Shown here: piece by piece, positions 6,743 through 14,746 of the stretch | How the letters are laid out: the number at the start of each line of letters is the position of its first letter | Position numbering within the stretch: position 1 is the stretch's first letter | Virus record (IMG/VR): IMGVR_UViG_3300048576_000054 | Location: 1 to 30,743 of that record | Length of the DNA: 30,743 bases | From: a virus | Taxonomy: Duplodnaviria; Caudoviricetes | Reading direction: 5' to 3' (one strand) | Position numbers and translations under genes: made by a program | The notes under the pieces: model-generated | The model's database searches: none | Told to the model about the DNA's origin: nothing | Seen by the model: only the letters and a program-made list of their open reading frames with translations

Positions 6743-7152
6743 TGGATCAGCGCTGGAACCTGATCGAGTGGGGCCAGATGCCGACGATCAAGGTCGGCAA
6801 GGCTTCACGCGTCAATGCCGCAGCCCTCGCTGAGATGCTGCGCGACTTCGACGACGGCGAGGCCTATGTCGAGCAGGTCGGGGCTATGCCAGGGCAGGGC
6901 GTCTCATCGATGTTCAGCTTCGGGCACGCGGCCGGAGTGGTCGCCGGGGTGCTCGGAGCAATGCTGATCCCGGTCACGCTCGTGACACCGCAGGCCTGGA
7001 AAAAGCACGCCGCGCTGATCGGCAAGGACAAGGACGCCGCGCGCACCAGGGCGATTCAGCTCTGGCCGGCATGGCGCGATCTCGATCTCAAGGGCAAGGG
7101 TCAGGCGCTCGCCGACGCGGCGCTGATTGCCCGGTTTGGGGGTGCTCAATGA
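6547..7152 (+). CDS. RuvC-like Holliday junction resolvase
   Basis: RIGIDPG, AYVEQV, SSMFSFG, VTPQAWKK and ADAALIA catalytic motifs; the true start is unclear (possibly GTG at 6658). Confidence 0.85.
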   Translation: MAKNQPVLSEKWSLADREARRPVAEVPADARREAGDAVLVRKRTSGDGFGHRIGIDPGCSGAIVVMDQRWNLIEWGQMPTIKVGKASRVNAAALAEMLRDFDDGEAYVEQVGAMPGQGVSSMFSFGHAAGVVAGVLGAMLIPVTLVTPQAWKKHAALIGKDKDAARTRAIQLWPAWRDLDLKGKGQALADAALIARFGGAQ

Positions 7153-7349
7153 CCAAAACGCAAAAGCGCCTCGCGCTGGCTGTCTCCGTGTTCGTGTTTA
7201 TCGCTTCTGGGTTGGCCGCATGCATCTGGCTGTCCGGTTACGACCATCGCTGCGACGGGCTTGGAATGGCGGCCTTTTGCGCATTCTTCGCATCATCGTT
7301 TTTCGCTGTGATGGCGTTCGATTTGTCTGGGACGTTTTTCCGTGAATAA
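7149..7349 (+). CDS. Small two-TM membrane protein
   Basis: ATGA coupling; two hydrophobic helices. Confidence 0.65.
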   Translation: MTKTQKRLALAVSVFVFIASGLAACIWLSGYDHRCDGLGMAAFCAFFASSFFAVMAFDLSGTFFRE

Positions 7350-7608
7350 GCGATCCACTCCACTCGCAAAAACGTTCAAACGCCACGCGGCGACTGGGTG
7401 GGTCTGCGCTCTGTGCGGCAGGAACACTACAAAGCCTGCTGTCCTGATCGGCAGTGAAGCCATTGGCCCGGTGTGCGCCCGGCGCGCGGGGCTTATCCAA
7501 GCCGCGAAAAGAAGCGGGAAGGCGTCGCGCGTGCAGCTTTTCTCCAGGTCAAGCACCCCGCGCGAAGACTCAAGGACACGCGATCTTTTCGAGGGGCTTG
7601 AACGATGA
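7342..7608 (+). CDS. Small zinc-finger-like protein
   Basis: CALCGR...IGPVCA motif. Confidence 0.65.
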   Translation: MNKRSTPLAKTFKRHAATGWVCALCGRNTTKPAVLIGSEAIGPVCARRAGLIQAAKRSGKASRVQLFSRSSTPREDSRTRDLFEGLER

Positions 7609-8015
7609 CGGCGCAGACGATCCCGCTCAACAACCCGAACGCGCGAGGCTTCGCCTGCCGGGCGATCCAGTCCGCGCCCGATGGCTACGTCGCGATCATC
7701 CGCGAGCAGACCCGATCGCTCGAGCAAAACGCCCGCATGTGGGCGCAGCTCGAGGACATCAGCAGGCAGGTCGATTGGTACAGGCAGAAGCTTTCGAAAG
7801 AGGAATGGAAGGATGTGTTCTCTGCGGCGCTCAAGCGCCAGAAGGTAGTTCCCGGGCTCGATGGCGGTTTCGTCGTCTGCGGTCAGCGCACGAGCAAGAT
7901 GGGAAAGCGCGAAATGGCCGACTTGCTCGAGCTGATGAATGCGTTCTGCGCTGAGCGAGGCGTGAAGCTCTCTGCGCCCGAGTGGGAGCGTGAGCAGATA
8001 GAGAGGGCCACATGA
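7605..8015 (+). CDS. ninB: NinB/Orf-family recombination protein
   Basis: RSLEQNARMWAQLEDISRQVDW...EEWKDVF...GQRTSKM motifs. Confidence 0.9.
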   Translation: MTAQTIPLNNPNARGFACRAIQSAPDGYVAIIREQTRSLEQNARMWAQLEDISRQVDWYRQKLSKEEWKDVFSAALKRQKVVPGLDGGFVVCGQRTSKMGKREMADLLELMNAFCAERGVKLSAPEWEREQIERAT

Positions 8016-8305
8016 CGCGCTCGAGCGAATCCCGACACATGGGCCGCGTCGCTGCGCTCGGCTGCGTCGTCTGTCGGAATCTCGGCTACGGCGAAACGCC
8101 TGCCCAGGTCCACCACATCCGGGAGGGCGTCGGCGCAGCCCAGCGGGCGCCGAACTGGCTGACGATCCCGCTCTGCCCGATGCACCACACGGGACCTCTC
8201 GGCTATCACACGCTGCGGGCTGCCGCTTTTGAGCGGATGTACGGGGCGACCGAGCTCGACCTGCTCGCCCAGACCCTCGAAGAGCTTTACGGGGGCCGGA
8301 GGTGA
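8012..8305 (+). CDS. Ref-like HNH/zinc nuclease (recombination enhancement)
   Basis: GCVVC...AQVHHIREG.G..QRA...IPLCPMHH.G..G.H pattern. Confidence 0.8.
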   Translation: MTRSSESRHMGRVAALGCVVCRNLGYGETPAQVHHIREGVGAAQRAPNWLTIPLCPMHHTGPLGYHTLRAAAFERMYGATELDLLAQTLEELYGGRR

Positions 8306-8496
8306 GCACTCGAATCCCTTGCGCTCTCGCCAAGGTCCAGCCGATCACGATGGATGCCGAGCAGGTCAAGCGCGACGGCTGGGCGCAGCACGGCATCCTC
8401 GTCGTAAAGGTCGGAGACGAGCGTCTCGACACGCTCCAGCAGGCAGCAGTTCTCAGCATCGGAAACACGCTCTACGGGAAAAGGAACCCAGCATGA
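8302..8496 (+). CDS. Hypothetical protein (64 aa)
   Basis: GTGA coupling, GGAGG RBS. Confidence 0.65.
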   Translation: MSTRIPCALAKVQPITMDAEQVKRDGWAQHGILVVKVGDERLDTLQQAAVLSIGNTLYGKRNPA

Positions 8497-8924
8497 TCGA
8501 ATACATCCACCGCCAACTGATCGACTGGGCTGACTGGGTCGCGCACGGCCGGCGCGTCGTCGGGCTGAGCTACCCGGGGCAGTGCGCCTTTACTCGGATG
8601 GCGGCGGGTGGCTCATGGCGCAGCGAGCCTCAGATCGACGAAGAGGCAAGCAAGATGGACCGCGCCGTCTGCGCGCTGGGTGTGACGCATTCCGATCTCG
8701 CTGACGTGGTGAGGCGGTTCTACTTGCGCACAACCAGCGCCGAACTCCTCGCCCGCGAGCTGGGGATCCACCGGGACACGGTCTATGTCCGGATCGGGCG
8801 CGGGCACCAGGAAATCCTGGGCTATCTGAACGACATTGAGGCGGCCGTTCCGCTTCCTGAACCGAGATGCACCGAGGTGATTGACTTCGCTCCGACAAAA
8901 GCGCACACTTTCGCCAAAGTGTGA
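8493..8924 (+). CDS. Late antitermination protein Q-like
   Basis: MIEYIHRQLIDWADW N-terminus and C-terminal HTH (ARELGIHRDTVYVRIGRGH); last early gene before the late promoter and terminator. Confidence 0.82.
   Translation: MIEYIHRQLIDWADWVAHGRRVVGLSYPGQCAFTRMAAGGSWRSEPQIDEEASKMDRAVCALGVTHSDLADVVRRFYLRTTSAELLARELGIHRDTVYVRIGRGHQEILGYLNDIEAAVPLPEPRCTEVIDFAPTKAHTFAKV
8881..8909 (+). promoter_or_regulatory. PR'-like late promoter
   Basis: TTGACT-N17-CACACT overlapping the end of Q and followed by a terminator, as in lambdoid late control. Confidence 0.55.
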
Positions 8925-8948
8925 AGTTGCGCCCAGGCGCAGCACAAA

Positions 8949-8980
8949 GGCCCGCTCTCCGAAAGGACGGCGGGCTTTTT
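8949..8980 (+). terminator. tR'-like terminator
   Basis: GCCCGC...GCGGGC stem with an inner TCC-GAAA-GGA hairpin, followed by TTTTT. Confidence 0.8.
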
Positions 8981-9079
8981 CGTTTCCGCACAACCCGGGC
9001 CCGCGCATAGGGGCCAGTAACCCAGCCGGCAGGAATGGCTACACGGCGCCGGACGCTGTAACCGGCAAAGAGGTGTTCC

Positions 9080-9643
9080 ATGGCAGATCGAAAGCTCACC
9101 CCGAAGCAAGAACGCTTCGTCGATGAGTACCTGATCGACCTGAACGCCACGCAGGCCGCGACAAGGGCCGGGTACAGCGAAAAGACAGCAAGCCAGCAGG
9201 GCGAACGCCTGTTGAGAAATGTTGAGGTTCAGCGACAGCTCTCTGTGCGCATGAAGGCCCGCGAAAAGCGGACTGAGATCACCCAAGACAAGGTGCTTGC
9301 CGAGCTGGCCAAGATCGGGTTTTCCGACATCCGCAAGGCTGTCCGGTGGGGCGCGGGTGTCGCGGTGACTGATCCTGATTCCGGCGAGACGACGATCGCA
9401 AACGGCGTCGCACTTGTGGATAGTGCTGAGATCGATGACGGCACCGCTGTTGCCATTTCTGAGATCTCCCAGACTGCGCAGGGCATCAAGGTCAAGCTCT
9501 ACGACAAGCGCGCCGCGCTGGTTGATATCGGCCGCCATCTCGGCATGTTCAAGGACAAGCTGGAGCTGACCGGCGGCGACGGGGCGCCTTTGATGCCCTC
9601 GGTGATCGAGCTGGTAGCCCCCAATGTCGAGAGCGAGGATTGA
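9080..9643 (+). CDS. terS: Terminase small subunit
   Basis: LTPKQERFVDEYLIDLNATQAATRAGYSEKTA signature. Confidence 0.95.
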   Translation: MADRKLTPKQERFVDEYLIDLNATQAATRAGYSEKTASQQGERLLRNVEVQRQLSVRMKAREKRTEITQDKVLAELAKIGFSDIRKAVRWGAGVAVTDPDSGETTIANGVALVDSAEIDDGTAVAISEISQTAQGIKVKLYDKRAALVDIGRHLGMFKDKLELTGGDGAPLMPSVIELVAPNVESED

Positions 9644-10868
9644 GCTACCGCCGAAGCTGATCCCGGTCTTTTCTGGTGACGCGCGGTACAGGGGGGCATA
9701 CGGTGGGCGGGGGAGTGCAAAGACGCGATCCTTCGCGCTGATGACGGCGGTGCGCGCCTACAAGGCCGCGCAAGAAGGAAAGGGCGGGGTAATCCTCTGC
9801 GCCCGCGAGTTCATGAACAGCTTGTCCGACTCCTCGATGGAGGAGGTCAAGCAGGCGATCAAGTCGGTTCCGTGGCTCGATGCCTTTTTCGACATCGGCG
9901 AGCAGTACATCCGGACGCGAGACAAGAAGGTCTCCTACGTCTTCTGCGGGCTGCGCCAGAACCTGGACAGCATCAAGTCCAAGGCGCGGGTCCTGATCGC
10001 GTGGGTCGATGAAGCCGAGAACGTCTCTGACGCGGCTTGGAAGAAGCTGATCCCGACCGTCCGCGAGGATGGCTCCGAGATCTGGGTGACATGGAACCCA
10101 GAGAAGCAGGGAAGCCCGACCGACCAGCGGTTTCGGCAAGAGCCGCCTGATGGCGCAAAGATTGCCGAGCTGAACTGGCAGGACAATCCGTGGTTTCCGA
10201 ATGTCCTGCGGGCCGAGAAGGATCACCTCTACCGGGTTGATCCCGAGGCGGCGGCGCACGTCTGGGGCGGCGGGTATCTCCAGAACAGCAAGTCGCAGGT
10301 TCTGCACGGCAAGTACAGCGTCCAGCCCTTCGAGGTTGGCGAAGACTGGGACGGCCCGTACTTTGGCGCGGACTGGGGCTTTGCCCAGGACCCGACGACG
10401 CTGGTCAAGTGCTGGATCAAGGGTCTCAAGCTCTACATCGAGCACGAGGCGTACGGCGTCGAGGTCGAGATCGACCAGACGCCGGCCATGTTCGACAAGG
10501 TGCCCGGCGCGAAGAAGGCGACGATCCGCGCGGACTGCGCCCGGCCCGAAACGATCAGCTACATGCAGCGGCACGGCTACGGCGGCGTGATCGCTTGCGA
10601 GAAGTGGTCGGGCTCTGTCGAGGACGGGGTCGCCACGCTGCGCGGCTTTGAAGAGATCGTGATTCACCCGCGCTGCAAGCACTCAGAGGAAGAGGCCCGG
10701 CTCTGGTCGTACAAGACGGACAGGCTGACCGGCGACGTGCTGCCCGATCTGGTCGATAAGCACAATCACATCTGGGACGCGGTGCGCTATGCGCTCGGCC
10801 CGATCATCAAGAAATCTGGCTTCGGCCTGCTCGACTTCATGGCGCAGCAGGCGAAAGGGACGACATGA
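9624..10868 (+). CDS. terL: Terminase large subunit, PBSX type
   Basis: Walker A YGGRGSAKT, Walker B WVDEAE, TWNP, nuclease GADWG and HIWDAVRYA. Confidence 0.95.
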   Translation: MSRARIELPPKLIPVFSGDARYRGAYGGRGSAKTRSFALMTAVRAYKAAQEGKGGVILCAREFMNSLSDSSMEEVKQAIKSVPWLDAFFDIGEQYIRTRDKKVSYVFCGLRQNLDSIKSKARVLIAWVDEAENVSDAAWKKLIPTVREDGSEIWVTWNPEKQGSPTDQRFRQEPPDGAKIAELNWQDNPWFPNVLRAEKDHLYRVDPEAAAHVWGGGYLQNSKSQVLHGKYSVQPFEVGEDWDGPYFGADWGFAQDPTTLVKCWIKGLKLYIEHEAYGVEVEIDQTPAMFDKVPGAKKATIRADCARPETISYMQRHGYGGVIACEKWSGSVEDGVATLRGFEEIVIHPRCKHSEEEARLWSYKTDRLTGDVLPDLVDKHNHIWDAVRYALGPIIKKSGFGLLDFMAQQAKGTT

Positions 10869-10929
10869 CAACGCAGCGCGTTTCCCCTCCCAGCGACGGG
10901 CGCAACAGCCTGACGGGGGTGATCGTCTG

Positions 10930-13158
10930 ATGAGCGGTCCGACCAAAACCCCGATCGATCCGGGTCTGATCGCCCGGATCTCGGGAGGCGTCAAGGCTGC
11001 CGCGAAGGTCTGGTTCGGCCCGCTTGAGCCGCTGCCGGCGTTCGCGCCGCCCGAAGAGCGCCCGTCAGTCGCTGGCCGGCAGTTCGATTATCAGGTCGGC
11101 ATCAACCTTCAGACCCAGCCCAGGCAGGCCGAGCCGGTCAGCTTCGCGCAGATGCGCGCCCTGGCCGACGCCTGCGACGTGCTGCGCCTCGTGATCGAGA
11201 CGCGCAAGGATCAGGTCGAAAAGCTCAAGTGGCAGGTGATCCCGAAAGACGACGCGAAGCAGCCTGACGCGCGCTGCCAGAAGATCACGGACTTCTTCGC
11301 GTCCCCGGACAAGGAGCACGACTGGAACACCTGGCTGCGCATGGTGCTCGAAGATCTGTTTGTCATCGACGCGCCCGCGATCTACCCGCGCATGACGCTC
11401 GGCGGCGAGCTCTACTCGCTCGAACCCGTTGATGGCGCGACCATCAAGCGCGTGATCGATGCGACCGGGCGCACCCCGGCGCCGCCCGATCCGGCCTATC
11501 AACAGATCCTCAAGGGCGTTCCGGCCGTCGATTACACGCGCGAGGAGCTGATTTACCGCCCGCGCAATCTGCGCACGCACAAGCTGTACGGATATTCACC
11601 GGTTGAGCAGATCATCACGACGGTGAATCTCGCGCTGCGCCGGCAGCTGCACGTCCTCGACTTCTACACCGAGGGCAGCGTTCCGGACGCACTGGCCGGG
11701 GTTCCTTCGACGTGGAACCCGGACCAGATCAAGCAGTTTCAGGACTTCTGGGACTTGATGTCCGGCGATTCTGCGATGCGCCGCAAGCTGCGGTTCATTC
11801 CGGACGGGGTCAAGTACATCCCGACGAAGGACGCGATCCTGAAGGACGAGTTCGACGAGTGGCTGGCCCGCATCGTCTGCTTCTGCTTCTCGGTCGCGCC
11901 GACGCCGTTCATTAAGTCCAACAACCGCGCGACGGCGGACAACGCGACAAGCCAGGCGGCACAGGAAGGCCTCGCCCCGATCCAGAACTGGATCTGTGGG
12001 CTGATGAACTCAGTCATCGCGCTCTACTTCAAGGCGCCTGATCTGTGTTTTGCATGGAAAGAGGAAGAGGCGACCGATCCGAACATCGAGTCGCAGATCG
12101 ACGACCGGAACATCCGCAACGGGACGATGACGATCGACGAGGCCCGGGCCAAGCGCGGACAGGAAGCGCTGCCGGATGGCCTGGGCTCGGTTCCGATCAT
12201 CGTCACGGCCACGGGCGGCGTCCGACTCGCCGACGTGATCGACCCTCCCGAGCCTCAGCCTGTACCGGCTGCTCTTGGCGGCCCCGAAGACGACCCCGAA
12301 GACGGCCCCGAGGCGGATCCGGCCGACAAACCCGAAGCAGTGCCAGCGAATGCCAAGGAGGCGTTCGCAAAGGCAAAAAAAGCCCGGCGCCCGATCGACA
12401 TGGATCGGGATGTGATCGAGGTTGCGCGCACGAAACTCATTGGCGCTACTGAGTCGTTTTTCGCCAGCCAAGCGCCGCTGATCGCCCAGCAAATCATCGC
12501 CGAGATCGACCGGCTGAGGCTGGACCGGTCCGGTCTTGATGACGTGATCTCAGGTATCAATTTCGACGACTGGGCCGAGCAGATCCCCGAGATCTATTCG
12601 GAGGTGCTGGCCGGCGTGGCAGTGGATGGCGGGACCGAAGCGGTCGAGCAGGTCGGAAAGACGCTCACTGAGGAAGCAGAAGAGCTGATTGGCCAGAACG
12701 CGAAGGGCTGGGCCGAAAGCCGCTCCGCCGAGATGGTCGGCATGAAGTGGGTCGATGGCGAGCTCGTCGAGAACCCTGACTCCAAGTGGGTCATCACCGA
12801 CGCGACGCGCGACATGATCCGCGAGACGGTCACGCAGGGTATGGACGAGGGCTGGAGCAGCGACAAGCTGTCTGCCGCACTGCAGGAAGGCTATGCGTTC
12901 AGCGACACCCGTGCCGACATGATCGCGCGAACGGAAACCGCCCGAGCGGACGCCGAGGGGCAGGTGATCGGCTGGAAGGCGGCGGGGGTGAAAAGGAAGG
13001 TGTTTTTGGCTGCACCTGACTGCTGCGAAATCTGTCAGGAATTGGACGGAGAGACAGCCCCAATCGACGGATCTTTCGAAGGCGGCGTTGATGTGCCGGT
13101 GCACCCGAACGACCGCTGCACATGCTTGCCCGAAATTGAAGAGGAAACCGAGGAATGA
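10930..13158 (+). CDS. Portal protein fused to a MuF/SPP1 gp7-like head morphogenesis domain
   Basis: Portal motifs (YGYSPVE, DEFDEWLARIVC, MTIDEARA), an acidic Pro-rich linker, then MuF motifs (RADMIARTET, CCEIC, HPNDRC) in one frame. Confidence 0.88.
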   Translation: MSGPTKTPIDPGLIARISGGVKAAAKVWFGPLEPLPAFAPPEERPSVAGRQFDYQVGINLQTQPRQAEPVSFAQMRALADACDVLRLVIETRKDQVEKLKWQVIPKDDAKQPDARCQKITDFFASPDKEHDWNTWLRMVLEDLFVIDAPAIYPRMTLGGELYSLEPVDGATIKRVIDATGRTPAPPDPAYQQILKGVPAVDYTREELIYRPRNLRTHKLYGYSPVEQIITTVNLALRRQLHVLDFYTEGSVPDALAGVPSTWNPDQIKQFQDFWDLMSGDSAMRRKLRFIPDGVKYIPTKDAILKDEFDEWLARIVCFCFSVAPTPFIKSNNRATADNATSQAAQEGLAPIQNWICGLMNSVIALYFKAPDLCFAWKEEEATDPNIESQIDDRNIRNGTMTIDEARAKRGQEALPDGLGSVPIIVTATGGVRLADVIDPPEPQPVPAALGGPEDDPEDGPEADPADKPEAVPANAKEAFAKAKKARRPIDMDRDVIEVARTKLIGATESFFASQAPLIAQQIIAEIDRLRLDRSGLDDVISGINFDDWAEQIPEIYSEVLAGVAVDGGTEAVEQVGKTLTEEAEELIGQNAKGWAESRSAEMVGMKWVDGELVENPDSKWVITDATRDMIRETVTQGMDEGWSSDKLSAALQEGYAFSDTRADMIARTETARADAEGQVIGWKAAGVKRKVFLAAPDCCEICQELDGETAPIDGSFEGGVDVPVHPNDRCTCLPEIEEETEE

Positions 13159-14639
13159 CCATCAAGAAGCTGTTTGCTGACATCACGAAGACCGAGGAGC
13201 TCGACGACGGGACGGTCAAGGTCTGGGGCTACGCCTCGACCGAGAGCGTCGATTCGGACGGGGAAACGGTCACCGCGGACGCCATGAAAGCGGCGTTGCC
13301 CGGTTATATGAAGTGGGCGAACGTGCGCGAGATGCACCAGGCGAAGGCGGCCGGCACGGCCATCGAAGCCGAGGTGCAGGACGACGGCCGGACCTGGTTC
13401 GGCGCGCACATCATCGACTCTGAAGCGGTAAAGAAAGTGAAATCCGGCGTCTATAAGGGCTTCTCGATCGGCGGCAAGGTGACCGAGCGCGACCAGCTCA
13501 ACAAGACGGTGATCAAGGGCATCAACCTCGTCGAGGTGTCGCTCGTCGATCGGCCGGCCAACCCGGAGGCCGTTTTCACGGTCGTGAAGGCGGAGACGCT
13601 GGACGAGCCGGCCTCTGCGATCGATCAGCTGGCCGAGCTGCTGAACAAGGGCGAGGTGACCGCCGAGAAGCTCGTAGAAATGGCGAAAGGGGGCTACGCC
13701 GCACCGTCCGGCGCCGTCTTCGGAGATCACTGCCTCGAGGAGATCGTGCCGCGCTCGATCGCGAAAGGGTGGAGGCTTGTCGATGACCCGACGCAGGTCG
13801 ATGTCGAGATCGCCAAAGCAGAAGCGGCGGGCATTCCCGTCAAGCTGCTGTATGGCAGCAGCCCGATTCCTACCGCGCTGATCAAAGACGCGAAGACCGA
13901 AGACCTCAAGAAGTGCATGTGGTCGGTGCAGGACTTCGCGAGCGTGATCTCGACGCTCGGCTGGATCTGCCGCGACGCGCAGTCCGAGTCCGACTACGAA
14001 GGCGACGCCAGCCCGGTCCCGGCCGCGCTGCGCGCCTGGCTCGCTCAAGGCATCCAGATTTTCAAGGACATGGCGGCCGAAGAGACGGCCGAGCTGATGG
14101 CCGAGCTCAAGGGCGCTGCCGGCGAAGCGGATGTGATCGAGATGGCCCAGCGCGGTCAGGATCTCGCCAAGGCCGGCGCGAAGTTCTCGAAGGACGCCAA
14201 GGACAAGCTCGCGAAGGCGCACCAGGCCGTCAAGGAGGCGTCTGACCATTTGGCCTCGACCGGCTACGACAAGGGCGATGACGACGACGACGAAGACGGG
14301 AAAGACGCGGACAAGGACGGCGATGGCAAGAAGGCGGCCGGTGCCGACGACCTGCAGAAGATGGCCGGCGACCTGGATGTTGCGAAAGCCGATCTCGCGA
14401 AGATCGCCGCCGAGCGCGACGAGCTTGCCAAGGCCCTCGGCACCGCCAAGGCGCGCGTCGCCGAACTCGAAGCACAGCCCGCGCCCGGAAAAGCGCTCCT
14501 GAAAGCAGTCGGAAAGGGCCAGGAGGTCACCGACCCGGAGGGCGAAAAGGAACCCGAAATCATCAAGGGCTTCGACGGCGCACCGAACGAAGCCGCCAGC
14601 CTGATCAAGATGATCCACATGCAAGGGGGCGGTCGGTAA
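13155..14639 (+). CDS. Prohead protease plus scaffold
   Basis: VWGYAST..DSDGE, VREMH, YKGFSIGG, EVSLVDRPANP protease motifs; charged helical C-terminal part. Confidence 0.85.
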   Translation: MTIKKLFADITKTEELDDGTVKVWGYASTESVDSDGETVTADAMKAALPGYMKWANVREMHQAKAAGTAIEAEVQDDGRTWFGAHIIDSEAVKKVKSGVYKGFSIGGKVTERDQLNKTVIKGINLVEVSLVDRPANPEAVFTVVKAETLDEPASAIDQLAELLNKGEVTAEKLVEMAKGGYAAPSGAVFGDHCLEEIVPRSIAKGWRLVDDPTQVDVEIAKAEAAGIPVKLLYGSSPIPTALIKDAKTEDLKKCMWSVQDFASVISTLGWICRDAQSESDYEGDASPVPAALRAWLAQGIQIFKDMAAEETAELMAELKGAAGEADVIEMAQRGQDLAKAGAKFSKDAKDKLAKAHQAVKEASDHLASTGYDKGDDDDDEDGKDADKDGDGKKAAGADDLQKMAGDLDVAKADLAKIAAERDELAKALGTAKARVAELEAQPAPGKALLKAVGKGQEVTDPEGEKEPEIIKGFDGAPNEAASLIKMIHMQGGGR

Positions 14640-14670
14640 CGTCCGCGAATATCAATCAACTGAACCGAAC

Positions 14671-14733
14671 AAGCCGCCATTGAGCGGCTTTTTTCATTTC
14701 TGGGCCCCGCCATCGAGCGGGGCTTTTTCATTT
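14671..14733 (+). terminator. Tandem pair of terminator-like hairpins
   Basis: GCCGC-cattga-GCGGC-T6 and GCCCCGC-catcga-GCGGGGC-T5. Confidence 0.75.
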
Positions 14734-14746
14734 GGAGAACCCGCTC

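Noticed and set aside
3270-8310. Recurrent GGAGGCGGCGTGA-like motifs (proteins ending EAA/RAA)
   Set aside because: Ordinary RBS plus overlapping stop/start coupling, common in lambdoid early operons.
9015-9075. Twister or hammerhead ribozyme in the late leader
   Set aside because: Only superficial similarity; the conserved catalytic core nucleotides could not be matched. Kept only as a generic structure candidate.
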